A stretch of 64,000 bases of DNA from assembly GCA_016618085.1 (NCBI GenBank), contig JABLTG010000107.1:1-64000 (forward strand), written 5' to 3'. A program made the translations under genes and the position numbers. Of the stretch, positions 36,028-49,044 are shown one piece after another; position 1 is the first letter of the stretch; each line of letters starts with the position of its first letter. The notes below the pieces were generated by a model. It worked only from the letters and a program-made list of their open reading frames with translations, was not told the origin of the DNA and ran no database searches. This stretch comes from Neovahlkampfia damariscottae (lineage: Eukaryota).

Positions 36028-36571
36028 TTAACAAACATGATGAATAAACCAATGAATAACTTTAAAAAACATTGAACATAATTCAGCAATTTGTTTAAAC
36101 ATATTTGGCCAAAATATTTCATTTACACCAATGATATTATTATCTTTTTTTGAAACAAATTTTGAATAATTAATTTTTGTAATTTCTCCATAAACATCAA
36201 ATACAAAATCTCTCACTGATCTTCCAGCTAGTGTTTTTTTATCATTTTCAATTTCTTTTAATGTGTTTTTTAATTTAGAAATAGATTTTTTCTAATTTTC
36301 AATAATTTCAAAATGTTTTTTTCTTTCAATTTGAAAAAATAAAGTTTAATTCTGAATAGTTTGTTCAAGAGTTTGAATTTGAGTTTTTAAATTTATAATT
36401 GTTTGATTTTGAATTTCCAATTGACTGTTAAGCTCTTTATTTTCTTTCCAAATAGAAACCAATAATTTTTTGAAAATTCTAACTGTTGGGCTTTTTTGTC
36501 AAATTTTCAATAAGAAATCTACTTCTGGTGGAATTCTCCCAATAAAACCTTTCTTTTTTTTCTGTTGACAT
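36028..36571 (-). pseudogene. Degraded coiled-coil protein gene
   Basis: ATG 36571 with upstream CCAAT box and a GT-AAG intron; coiled-coil frame (ELNSQLEIQNQTIINLKTQIQTLEQ) with in-frame TAA and TAG and apparent frameshifts into ORF 36028-36216. Confidence 0.45.
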
Positions 36572-36895
36572 AAAGTAATAAATGTTAGCCAATCAAAACA
36601 TTTTTTCCCCATTAGAAATTTGTTGGTCGATTTTTCACACTTGCTCAAGCCAAAAGCTAAAATTTAACAGCAGACCAGAAAAATACTCCGAAGGATGAAA
36701 ATGTTGTCAAAAAATTGTCAGAAATTTTCTTCATAAAATTTGACCAATAAAATAGCTCTGGTAATACCAAGAAAACAAATGAAACTGAAAAAATACGAAA
36801 AGAATTTATAGGAGATATTTTTAGATCAGAAACATCGTTTCATTTGGGTGACAAAAATCAGTTAACTACCCTTCTGGTATATTTTTTTTCAACCA

Positions 36896-38382
36896 ATGAA
36901 CATGACTCATTATTTCAAAGCAACAAAAATACTTAACAAAAAGAATCTTTTACTCACTTCATGTGCTCTAGGGTCAACTTTAGCTTTCACAAAAAGGTTT
37001 TATTCAAAAGAAATGGAACAAAAACCTTCATATTCTTCAATTGATGTGACAAAAAAAAATTTTCAACACATAACTTCAGAAGTAAAAATGCTAAACAACC
37101 ACATTAACATTTTGAAGTTTAAAGAGAATTTAAATGATTGTATATTTGTTTCATTTGATTTTGAGATGACTGGTTTATTAGTTTCACCAAATCAAGAATT
37201 ACTTTCAGATACAATGCAAGAAAGATATTCAAAAATACGTGACTCAATTCAAAAATTAACAGCACTTCAAATTGGTGTTTGTTTATGGAAACGTGATGAA
37301 AAAAACAAAAACAAATTGATAGCTATACCTTATACTTTTAATTTATTTCCAAACAAAAGAGACTTTGTTGTTTCAAGTGCAGCATTTCAATTTTTAGCAA
37401 GTCATAATTTTGATTTCAATAAAGTTATAAAAGAGGGTATTCCTTTTTTGAATCAAGATCAATTGGAAAAATTTAAAAGAGAATATAAACATTCAGAATT
37501 TGTTCAATTAGATGAAAAAGATGTAAAATATTTGAATGAAACAGTGTAAATGATTTATTATTCTATTCATTATTTTGAAAGTGATTATATAAATTGTTGG
37601 TTTTCTTTAGCAAAAGAAGGAGAACAATTAAAAATACCAGAGAAATCACCTTATCATAGAAGAATATTATATCAACGTATACCAAAATGGTTTAATGGTA
37701 TTACTCTTGAAACAAAATCAGATAATTCTGGAAATTCATTTTTAGTGGTTCAAAAAGTTTCGGAAGAATTTCAAAAAGATATTGAAGAAATAAAATATAA
37801 AGTAAAAAGAAAATAAATTTAAATCAAAAATTAGAAACTTTTATCACAAGAACTTGGATTTACAATGATTGCAAATTTATTAATGAATTCAAAGAAACCA
37901 TTGGTAGGTCATAATTCACTTTTAGATCTTGTTCATTTTTATCAACATTTTCATAAAGATTTACCAGAAGATGTTAATGAATTCAAAAAAGATTTAAAAA
38001 AACAATTTCCAAAGATTTATGATACTAAATTATTATCTTTAAAAACATCAATTTTAGATGATTTTTTACCAATTCCTGATCGTCATCTTGAAAATTTATA
38101 TAAAACAGTTACAAAACCAAATCATTTTTTATATCCTGAATTTGAAATTCAAATACCAAATCATCAATTAAGTACAAATTCAAAACAAGCTCATAATGCA
38201 GGATATGTAATTGAATATAAAATATTAATTATTTTAATTAGGACGCATTTATGACTGGTGTATTATTCTCGAAATTATTATATCATCATTCAAATTCAAT
38301 TGATTTTAATAATATAAATTTTAATGATCAATTTTTGAATACTATTAATATGATGAGACATAATCAAAATTTCAAAATTTAA
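36896..38382 (+). CDS. PARN: PARN/CAF1-family DEDD deadenylase with R3H-like insert, 4 introns
   Basis: FDFEMTGL, FLASHNFDFNK, PLVGHNSLLDL, IYDTK, HNAGY|DAFMTG. Confidence 0.88.
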
Positions 38383-38432
38383 AAGATTAAAGATTAAAGT
38401 TTATTTTTTTTTTTTTTTTTGATGATATTTTT

Positions 38433-41400
38433 TTAATTTGCTGTTGATACATTTGAAGAAGAAGAAGAAGAAGATAATATTTTTTTCAAGAATTCTTTTT
38501 TGTTTACAGATTCTTCATCTTGACTTCTTTCTAAAATTTCATCTAAACAATTTAAAATTAATTGAAAATATAAATCTGATAATTTAAATCTTGAATAAGT
38601 ATCTAACATTACAATATTTAAAGCATGTTTAATTTCTTCAAATAAAGTTGAAACAACTTTTGGAATATAATTTGGATTCTTTTTTACAGTATCTTTTTCA
38701 ATTTTAATTTCATTTCTAACTTTAAATATCTTTTTTGTATTTATATTAATTTCTTGTGGTGCTTTGCCAGGTGATAAATATTCATTATAAATATATTCTG
38801 CTTTTGTAAATAATTCATGTGGGTTATTAATTTTATTAAAATCTAAAATAGCTTGATAACAATTTATATTTTCACAAGAATGTTCTGAATCACAATATTT
38901 TATAAAATATTTTCTAAATCTTTCATTATCTCTTACTTCAGAAAATGGTAATGAAAATTCTTGAACTTGTTCTTCAAATGTTCTAGAAATATTAGTTTGA
39001 TGAATTATATTCTTACTTTTCATTAAACTTTGTATCTTCGGATAAATAATCAATTTGATAATGTTTTGTTTTTTTTAAAAAATCAATTCTTGATGATTTT
39101 GATAAAAATTTTGAAATGAATTTAATTTGTAAATCTATTGAATTACCAAAATGATCTTCATAAGTTTTAAATACACTTGGTAATTTTATTTCTTTTTCTT
39201 CATCATTTATTAATATTTCAGTTCTCATAAATAATTTTGTTGATTTTTTAATTTGATAATCTAATGTCTTTTTTGAATCTGTAAATTCATTGTCCCATGA
39301 ATAATATCTTAAAAGTGGTGAAGAATTAGATGCATTATGTAAAACAAAATGTATTCTTGGATCAAATTGAATTGATAAAGGATGATTTCTTTCTCTATCA
39401 AAAAATATTTCTTTTTCAAATGATTCAATTGTTAATTTAAAATGACCAATAATATAATATCTATGATGAAATGAATATTGTCTTTGTTCTAATTTTTCTG
39501 GTCTTTTACATTTCATTAAAGAATGTAATACCATTAAATTATAAATATTAATTAAAATTGATTTTCTCATATTTTCATTAAATTCTAATAAATTAACTTT
39601 TTGTAATTTATAAACTTGTTTTCTTAATTCTGTAAAATATTTTGATCTCCAAATTACTAAATATCCAACTGATTTACTAACATTCTTTTGATATATATTT
39701 ACATTTAAATGTTTATCTAATAATAATTTCATTAAATTATCAATATTTCGAATAACAATATAAGAATCAATTCTTGATTCAAATGGATTACTTATTATTT
39801 CTTCTTTTTTATCAAATATTCTTACATTCATTTGTTTTTCAACTAAGAATTCCCATGTATCTGTAAATCTATAATATTCATCTCCATCAAATTCTGTACA
39901 TTCAATATCAAATACATTCTTAAATAATAATTTATTCATCATTTCTTGACAAAATGAAAATGAATCATTATATGTAAAATGTGGAAATGTATTAATTTGT
40001 ATCCATGTTATTAAATTATATCCATAAAAACATTGATATAATGTTTTTAATTTAAATTCATCACTCTTTTTAGCTACTTTATCTTCAAATCTTAAACTTT
40101 TTTGTAATTCTAAAAGTAATTCAATTTCAGGTTTTAAATCTGTTAAATAATTTGTATCTTCTCCATTAAATAATGGATTTATATATTCAACTAATTCATC
40201 TGCCATTTCATTTTTATAAATATACACTTCATCATATAATGGATTTAATATTTCAATAAATGCTTCAAATAATGGATTTTTAATTTCTTCTTCTTCTTTA
40301 TCCATTAATATTTCTTCATTTTCATCAAATTCTTTTGTTTTCCAATTTGCTTCATCTTCATTTACATATGAATAATCATTATAATCTACAGGTTTAAATG
40401 AATTATAATCTGTGTGCCATGTTTCATCATCTTCATCACTTAATGGTGTATAAATTGGAGATGGTGTTAAATAATCTTGAGGTGTTGATGCTCTTTTGTA
40501 CATTGTATGTGATCTTTCTTTTGGACCAAGTGCATTTGCAAGTGTTTGAAATATACTTTTACTCTTTTTTCTTGGATCATCTATTCCATTTATTGATTTA
40601 TTTATATCATAAGAACCACGTTTTGTTATAATTTGATCCGATTTTTCAACATCAAAACTAGAAATATCATCTAAATATCCACCAATTGGTGAATATGATC
40701 TTTGTGGATTTGGAGTTGTGTTGATGTTATTTGGACTAAATCTACCACTTGCAGAATTTCTATTTTGATCTACAACTGTATGACTCTTTTTTGTTCCAAA
40801 AAATGATTTTGTATGATTCTTTTCTTCTTTAACTTTAATTTTAAAAAAACTTCCTCTATCTTTTTTTAATTCACGATAAGAATCTGTTTTCTTTTGTAAA
40901 TCTTTGATATTTTGATGTTTTGGTTTTTGTGCTACTTCAGGTTTTGGTGAAAGTATTTTTTCTTTAAATTCTGTTGGGAGTCTATTCAATACATCAGGTG
41001 GTAATGATCTTAATTGTTCAGGTGTTAAATGTTTGAACATTTCTTCAGTATTTCGTATCATACCTTGTGGTCTTGATATAAATTCATCACCATCTTCATC
41101 AGAATCAGAATCTATTCCTTCAATCTCTTCAATTTCTTCATCATAATCATCATCGTCGTCTTCTTCTTCTGTTGTTGCTCCAAGTGTTGTAAAACCCTCT
41201 TTTGAAAAATTTATAACAGGTTTATGAACAGGTTTAATTTCAGTTGGTGTCAATGATTTCAAAGCATTAATTTTTTCTTTTTTTTTCTCTTGTAAAAATG
41301 TTTGTTGTAAAACCAATGGTTTTGTCCATGTGTTTTGTCGAGTAATTTCATTAAAGTAATAATTATGTCCACTTTTTGCATCAAAATAAATTTTCCAACT

Positions 41401-42121
41401 TTTATCGATGATTTGTTGATCTATAGTTTCTGTTTTTGAGATTTGTGGTGTAAAATTGGCATTATTATATGATTCTAAAGGTTTTTCCCAAGTACTTTCG
41501 CCAGTTTCTTTATTGTAATAATAATTTCGATTCGACAAAGGATCAAAAATTTCCATCCAATTCCCAAACAAAATTTTTTCTTCAACTTTTTTCAGAGCTG
41601 AGGCAGATCGTTTTTTGGATTTATTTTTCGTTTTAAACTCGTTTCCAACTTGGAGTGCATTTTGAGCTTTGTTTGAATATTCTTGAACTGGCATGAAAAT
41701 CGGAATTACTCCCATACTCTCAAAGTCTTCTTTTATCGAATCAAGTTTAGAGTTTTTTCGAATTTGTTTTTTGTACAAATCATCTTCTGAATCATCTGTC
41801 GGTGTTGAAGCCCATCTCCTTTCCATTTGGTGAATCTCATAAATTTCGTTCATTTGTTCAACGGATATTTTTTTTCGCATTTGATTATCTTTATATTCTC
41901 TTTTTAATGTTTCTTTTGGTGTTTGCATCATGGAACCTTGTCGTTTTCTTGCAGTTTTTCGTTGAATTGAATCAAGTTTTTTATTTTCTAAAAGAAAAGG
42001 TTGTTCCACCAATCCATCCAACTTTATATTAATAATTGAAAATATATACCTCTATTGTTGGCATTTCTTCTACCAAATTTTTTTTGGTAGAGTTATGAGA
42101 CGAATCTTCCGTTGAAGTCAT
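38433..42121 (-). CDS. WW-WW + DEP + DUF547 + RGS protein, 2 introns
   Basis: YYYNKETGESTWEKP and YYFNEITRQNTWTKP; CFYGYNLITWI; INIYNLMVLH...DPRIHFVL; intron 38983-39016 joins RGS domain (FIKYCDSEHSCENINCY); ATG 42121. Confidence 0.85.
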
Positions 42122-42319
42122 TCTCGATTACAATGATTGGTTTATTTTTACCCAGAGAAATCAACAAAAAAGGAAAGGAAATTCCTTTTTGTATATTATA
42201 TAAATTTTCTTCAATTTTATACAATTCTTGAAATTGCCTTTTTTACTGGTTGGTTTTTTCGGAGTAATAATTGTCCAATTACCAAGTGCAAAACTCCAAA
42301 GTCCGAAGCACGTTGAAGA

Positions 42320-43835
42320 ATGTCCGAAGAAAACAAGATACCAGAAGAAGATGAAAAATACTATCAATACGATGGTGAAGATGTTATTATACATCAACTC
42401 AATGGTGAAGTGAAAGAAACAAACCAACAAAAGTCCGTTTTTCTTGAATTGATAAAGCAGCTCAAACCAGGTGTAGAACTTTACCGTTTGAACATACCAT
42501 CATTTTTACTTCATCCTGTATCACTTTTGGAAAAAATTTCCACTCAATTCGCACCAAATTCAATATTGGACAAGTAAAACGATTTTGAAAAAACTGACAC
42601 CCATTTTTAGTTTTGAAACTGCGCAACCAATTTTTAGAATGCTCAAAGTAACTGGATGGATGATGTCACAATGGAGAAATATTCCAAGATTGGGTCTTGA
42701 TACCTCAAAAGTATTTATTTTTTTTTTTTTTTTACAATTTTTGTAGCCTTATAATCCAATCCGTGGTGAAACTTTCAGAGCACACTGGGAAGTACCTTTT
42801 GATAAATCAACATCACATTATATTTCAGAACAAGTTTCTCACCATCCACCTATCAGTGCATTTTATACTTACAACAAAAAGAAAGGATACATTTTAGATG
42901 GTCATATGGAACCAAAAACTAGTTTTTCATTAAATACAGCACCTACAGTTTGTGAAGGAAGACAAACTTTGAATTTTTATAGACTTGGTGAAGTTTATGA
43001 AATTAAACCAGCACAAGTAGCAGCAGGTGGTGTACTTTGGGGTACACGTGAACTTTTAATCACAGGAGAATATACAGTAACCTGTAAAAAAACCGGTTTA
43101 GGAATCAAAGTCAATTTTAATCATAATGTCTGTAACGGTTCATTATTTAAATTAGAACAAAAAAAGAAAAAGTTATTTGTTATTGATGGAAAAATTACAG
43201 AAAATGTAAAAGTACAAGATTTAGAAACTAAAAAGATTTACTTTTTATTTCAAAATAAAACAATTAAAACAAGTCCAATTATTGCAGATAGAAAAATTCA
43301 TGAACAAGAATCAAATGAATCAAGAAGAGTTTGGCATGATCTTACTGTTGCTTTGAAAAAATTAGATTATGAAGCAGCAACTGAAATTAAAAATAAAATT
43401 GAAACTAATCAACGTAAAATTGAAGATCAAAGAAAAAAAAATAATCAAACTTTTACACCTAAATTATTTAAAAAAGTAGACAATGACTGGAAATTTTTAA
43501 ATCCAATTTCAGAAAAAGATGAAGAAGAAGAAGAATTAACAAAAGTTGAAAATGTAGAATCATCTTTATTAAGAACAACAAGACTTAAAAGTTATAATGA
43601 TTTTAAAAAAGGATTTAATTTACCAGAAGAAATTATTATTGAATTAAAAAATGAATCAATTGACTATGAAGAATCAAAAGTTTTAACAGATGAAGAATTT
43701 GAAGATTTAAAACAAAAGATTATGAAAATCATTCAAAATAAGAATACAACATTGTTATCATCAAAAAGTCAAGAAGAATTAGAAACTCTACAAAAACAAT
43801 TATTGACTGGTGAAGTTAACTTGGATTTAGATTAA
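42320..43835 (+). CDS. Oxysterol-binding protein (ORP/Osh), 2 introns
   Basis: K|PYNPIRGETF, EQVSHHPPISAF, NESRRVWHDL, KNKIETNQR. Confidence 0.93.
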
Positions 43836-43921
43836 AAATTTATTTTTTTTTATTCTTTTCATCATGATCTGAACTGTCTCACAGTTAACTGTTTACCATT
43901 ACCTTCATTATTAGTAAACAG

Positions 43922-44500
43922 TTACTGTTTCATTATTTTTATTCTTCTTTCTTCTTCTGTACCTTCACTAAAATGTTTTAAATTTTTTGATTCAGCATAT
44001 TCATGTATCTTTCTTCTTTCAAATGATGTTATATTCTTTGGAAATAAAAATTCTGTTTCTTTTGATTTCAGAAACTTGTCAATAATGTTTTGGTATTTTT
44101 CGTCTTTTTTTTTATGATTATTTTTTTGTTTATGTTTAATTAAAATGATATCTTTTGAACAGAATTCTGATTTACAAAATGGACATTTAGCTCTAAATCG
44201 ACCCATAAACTTTGCTGAACTCTTTTCCCATAAATGAGTCGAAAGACAATCAAAACAACATGGATAAGGATTTTTTGATGAACATTCACATATATGTCCT
44301 TCGCATGGATATGGTGAACATTGACATTTTCTTTCAATTCTGACAGAACATTTTATTATATCAGAACAAATCAAACAAGTTTCAGGTTTCAAATTTGTTG
44401 AATCTTGAATTGATGTTTCAAATAGGAACTTTGAAAACTCTTTATAATCTTTTGGTACGAAGTTCTTTTCTTCTTCTGGTGTACCTAACTCTTCAAACAT
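43922..44500 (-). CDS. Cys-rich RING-like + R3H protein
   Basis: CLIC...CCFDCL...CPFC; SFERRKIHEYAESKNLKHFSEG (R3H). Confidence 0.75.
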   Translation of the reverse strand: MFEELGTPEEEKNFVPKDYKEFSKFLFETSIQDSTNLKPETCLICSDIIKCSVRIERKCQCSPYPCEGHICECSSKNPYPCCFDCLSTHLWEKSSAKFMGRFRAKCPFCKSEFCSKDIILIKHKQKNNHKKKDEKYQNIIDKFLKSKETEFLFPKNITSFERRKIHEYAESKNLKHFSEGTEEERRIKIMKQ

Positions 44501-44673
44501 TTTTTGAAAACAAAACAAAAATATGATTGGTTATTAATTTTCAAAGAGGAAATTGAAGACTAAATTTTTAAAATTAAGAAATATTTTGAATGATTATTTT
44601 TTAATTGAACTTTTTATTTTTAAACACAATTTTATTGGTTCAATCAATTTACTCAACGTATTTTCTTCTGAGG

Positions 44674-45687
44674 ATGAGCAATGAAGAGGATGAGATTAAT
44701 GTTGAAATAGTAGAACAAAATGAAATGTTCTTTGATGAAGAAATAGAAGAATTAGATGACCAGGAAGAACCTTTAATTCAAGATTCTTCCATTGAGACTA
44801 CCATTTCACCTTATATAAATAATTATTCAATTTTTAAGAATATAACAAGAATTTCATGTGTAATAGTATTCATTTTGACAGTAGCAATTGTCATTTTTTT
44901 TCATAAAAGTCTTTTATCTGCTCTAGATGTATGTATTTTAATTTTGATTTAAAAAAAAAGAAATTTTTGATTTGGATTCAAAGTTTAGGATTTTTTGGTG
45001 GATTATTACTTTTATTTTTATATATAATATCAACAGTAGTATTATTCCCACCATTTTTAATGACTTTGGCTGGTGGTTTCATTTTTGGTTATTGGGCACT
45101 AATTATTGATTTATTGGGTGCTTCTTTAGGTTCTTCACTTGCTTTTATATTGGGAAAAACAATGTTAAGAAGGTTCATTTTTTAACATTTTAATTCCAAA
45201 TTATAGTTTTGTGGTTGAGAAATTAGGAAATTATCCAAAATTTGAAATAATTGATAGAGCTATCAAAAATCAAGGATGGAAAATAGTATTATTAATAAGA
45301 TTATGCCCTATAATACCTGATAATATTTTAAATTATTTACTTTCTTTAACAAAAATTGGATTGGTTGAATTTTTTATTTCAACTTTGATTGGAATGTTAC
45401 CAGGAACATGTTTATTAGTATATTTAGGTCGTTCAGCAAGTAGTCTAAAAGATATATTTGAAGGTAAAGTTGGAGTTAGTTTAAAAATGGAAATTATTAC
45501 CATTTTAATATCTGGCTTGATAATTATTGGAATATTCATTTATATCATTAGAGTATCAACAAGTATTTTAAATCAAATTATGAATGAACAAGAAATTGGA
45601 TTAAAAATGGATGAAATAAATGAAACAACAAGTGATGGAGATGAAGATGATTCAGTTGATCAATTTGATAATGGTTCAAATGTTTAA
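44674..45687 (+). CDS. TVP38/TMEM64 (VTT/SNARE_assoc) membrane protein, 2 introns
   Basis: TLAGGFIFG, LGSSLAFILGK, IVLLIRLCPIIPDNILNY, IGMLPGT. Confidence 0.9.
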
Positions 45688-45713
45688 TTATTTACAAAAT
45701 AAATATATTTGTT

Positions 45714-47297
45714 CTAAATTGAATTAGAATCTAATTCAACAATTGAATCATCTTTATCAAAAACTTCTTCTTTAAATGATTCATCTTCGCTAGTATTTAC
45801 TTCAATTTTTCTGAATGTATTCGTTTCTGGACAAAGTAATAAAATTAAAGGTGATATTATTAAAGTTACACCTGCAAAAACCCAAAACATCGATGGTAGA
45901 TGAAATGAATAAATTAAAGGTAAAAATGAAAAATTTAACAAAATTTGTAATAAATGAAGTGAAGATAACATAAAAGCCGACGCAAAATTTGACATTTCAA
46001 AATCAAATATTTCATTAAAGATATAAAATATTAAAGTATGAATTCCAATAACATTTCCAAAAATAATTAAACAAATTAAAGGTATTGAAATATATCCTTG
46101 AAGTGGTTTTGTAACAAAATATGTAACAAATCCAGATGATAAATTTCCAATAAACGAAAATATTGAACCAATGAATAAATATTTTTTACGACCAACTCTA
46201 TCAATAATAAATGAAAATAAAAATATAATTATTAAATTAAATAAACAAATTCCAATTGATGAAATAGCTCTTGGATAGAATGATACTAAACCCATTTTTT
46301 CTAAAACTTGAGGTAGAAAATTTATACTACATAAAATACCACCAAATTGATAATTTAAAATTAATAAAAAACAAATAAATATTTTTTTAATATTTTTAAA
46401 TGAAAAAAATAATAATTTTAATTTCGAGAATATACTTGGTGATTTATTAATTTCAATTGGATTTCTTAATTCAGGTGATTCAGGAACGATTAATGAAATT
46501 AAAAAAAAATAACTTTGAAATATAATTGAAATGGATAACATAAAATTCCATGAATAAAAAATTAAAGTAAAAAATACAGTTAAATTTGAAAATAAAATAC
46601 CAAATCCAAAACCAATAAAATAAATTGAATTAACCAATGATTTAAATTTAATTTGAGTCAATATAGAACTTGAATAAATTGGACCAATAAAACTTAAAAT
46701 ACCTGTACTTATTCCAACAATTGATCGAGTTATTAATAACATAAAATAAAATATTGAAAATATTCCTATAATTTCACCAATAAATAATATAATCAAACAA
46801 ATTATAAAACTTAATTTAAATCCAATTAAATAAACCAATAAAAGACCAAGAAAAGGACCAAAAGCAAAACCAAAATAATAAAATGTTAAGAATAATCCTT
46901 TGTAAATTTCTCTTCCTGTTATGTCATATAATCCAACTTCTTCAAATGCGCTTGATAGTGGAAATAAAATTGGTCCTGAAATTCCAATATGAAATCCAAA
47001 TAAAATACCACATAAAAGATTAACATTCAAAATTAAAAATGTGAGTAATTTTTGATTTTTTAATATTCTTTTTTCAAATTCCAAATATATTCGTTTTAAA
47101 GAAAATGGTTTCTTTTCAATCATATTTCTTTTTTCTTTTTTACAAAATTCTTTTTTCTCTTCTTTTTTTTCAACTTCTTCTTCTTCCATAATTACAATTT
47201 CTTCAATTTCTTTGTTTTCAATTTCTTCATTTTCCTCTTCTTTTTGTTCTTGATTACTTGGTAGTATACTGTCAATTTCAACATTCTGTTCTACCAT
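45714..47297 (-). CDS. MFS sugar-porter family transporter, intronless
   Basis: GILFGFHIG, VPESP, IIDRVGRK, CPET; about 12 TM segments. Confidence 0.88.
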   Translation of the reverse strand: MVEQNVEIDSILPSNQEQKEEENEEIENKEIEEIVIMEEEEVEKKEEKKEFCKKEKRNMIEKKPFSLKRIYLEFEKRILKNQKLLTFLILNVNLLCGILFGFHIGISGPILFPLSSAFEEVGLYDITGREIYKGLFLTFYYFGFAFGPFLGLLLVYLIGFKLSFIICLIILFIGEIIGIFSIFYFMLLITRSIVGISTGILSFIGPIYSSSILTQIKFKSLVNSIYFIGFGFGILFSNLTVFFTLIFYSWNFMLSISIIFQSYFFLISLIVPESPELRNPIEINKSPSIFSKLKLLFFSFKNIKKIFICFLLILNYQFGGILCSINFLPQVLEKMGLVSFYPRAISSIGICLFNLIIIFLFSFIIDRVGRKKYLFIGSIFSFIGNLSSGFVTYFVTKPLQGYISIPLICLIIFGNVIGIHTLIFYIFNEIFDFEMSNFASAFMLSSLHLLQILLNFSFLPLIYSFHLPSMFWVFAGVTLIISPLILLLCPETNTFRKIEVNTSEDESFKEEVFDKDDSIVELDSNSI

Positions 47298-47377
47298 TTA
47301 AAAATACTGTTCTTTTCAACAAACAACAAAATGATTGGTGGTTTTGACCCAATAAATAACATCGAAAATAATTTTAT

Positions 47378-48869
47378 TTAAAGTCCTAAGATTTTTTTCT
47401 TTTTGAAATCAAATTCTTTTTGTGTGATAATACCTCTTTCTAATAAAGATGCCAATTTTTCAAGTTGTTCAACATCTGAATCTCCACCTGTTGACTTTTT
47501 TGGAGCAGATGAAGTTTGAGTTGTTGGTTTAGTAGTAGTGTTAGTCGTTGTTGGTTTTGGTGTTTCTTTTTTAATTGGTTGACTTGTAGTTGTTGTTGGT
47601 TTTTTTTCTTCTTGTTTTTCTAATGGTTTCCATTGTGGTTTCATTCCTTTAAAAATATAGTCGTCATGATCTTGTTGCCATGAACATTTAATATCATTTC
47701 CTTGTTCTGTAATTTCCATTTTCAAATATCTTCCATGTTTTGTCAAATTAAATTCATCTTCTATTGCATCAAAGAATCCAGAGGCAGGCGCAGTAATACC
47801 AACTAAAATCTTATGATCACCACTTGTTGGTTTATCTAATTCAATTTTGACAGCAACAACATCACCATCTGGTATTTTTTTAGCTACTTTGTGAACAACT
47901 TTTCCATCAACTCTTACAACTAAAGGTTTTCCAGAAGAAGCTTTTACACCAACACCATAAATAAATACTTCATTTGTTGATCCAGATGATGAAGAAGATG
48001 AAGTTGCTTTTACAACATCACCTTTGAAGTCTTCTCTTTTTTTTTGATGCTTAATGGTACTATTAAAAAGTAAAATAGGTTGATAATTTCTTACGGAAAG
48101 TTTTTATCATTACGTTGTGCAACTCTTAAATTATCATCTTCAAAAGCCAATTGAATATGAATACCTTTTGATAAATCAAAATCTTGTTGAACATCATAAC
48201 CTTCTGAACGTACAAGAAATTTAACAAAAATTGATTTCTTTTTTTCAAGTAAATCAACTTCTAATGTTTCCATTTTATTAACTTCTTGATGTTTTGTCAA
48301 AGTTAACTTTAAACCTTTGTCAACATACAATTGAGTTGGTTCTTTGTATGAAGCAGGTACATTTAAAAGATAAAAAATAACTTTTCCTTGTGGCTCAGGT
48401 TCCTTTTGAACAACAGTTTTCACTTTTGGTTTCAAATTTGGATCTTTTGGATTCAGACTTTTATCAAATACTTCTGATTCAGATTTTGTTGAACTAATTC
48501 TTGTTTCACCATCTTTTGAACTATTTTAGAATAAATTAAATATTTTTATATTTCTTACTCAAAGTTATCATCAGTTCTTTGTTTTGTGATCAATCCTTCT
48601 GATTCTGAATAACTAAGATGAATGTGATCACCATGTTTGAACAATGAAAATTCTTTCACTTCATCAATACCCTTTTCTGGAATTTTAATTCCAAGATAAA
48701 CTAAAAGATTTGAACCAAATTTGAGATCTGGTACTTCAACATCAATACATATTGGATTTGTGAGTGATTCACTATGTTGAAAAATTGTTTGTTGATTTAA
48801 AATAATTTCAAAAGGTGAAGATGAAGAAGCTGGGATGTTTTCGCAAAATACGTGGACAGGTGTACTCAT
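47378..48869 (-). CDS. Three tandem ~100-aa beta-rich repeats + Thr/Pro linker + SHOCT domain, 2 introns
   Basis: Repeats share V-x-x-(F/Y)-x-x-(N/G)-(I/V)-x-AS and (E/D)F-x-L-x-K(H)G; C-terminal EQLEKLASLLERGIITQKEFDFKKKKIL. Confidence 0.75.
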
Positions 48870-49044
48870 CTTTGTTTTTTGTTTTGATAGAATTGATTGG
48901 TGGAATGGAATTAGAATAAATGATTGGTTGAGGTATTTTCCGAATTTTTCTATTCCATTTAAATTCAAATTTAGAATCAATAGAAGGCGGTGTCATTTTT
49001 TTAAACGTTGAATTTTTGTCCAATCATCGATATTTCTTCAATTC

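Noticed and set aside
598..36571. In-frame TAA/TAG in decayed frames (1021-1080, ~36290-36350) as evidence of stop-codon reassignment
   Set aside because: Conserved genes end in TAA, TAG or TGA and contain no internal stops after splicing; the 36 kb fragment also has frameshifts, so pseudogenisation is simpler.
42069..42091. 9-bp inverted repeat tctaccaaa/tttggtaga
   Set aside because: Lies in coding exon 1 and is AT-rich; plausible by chance.
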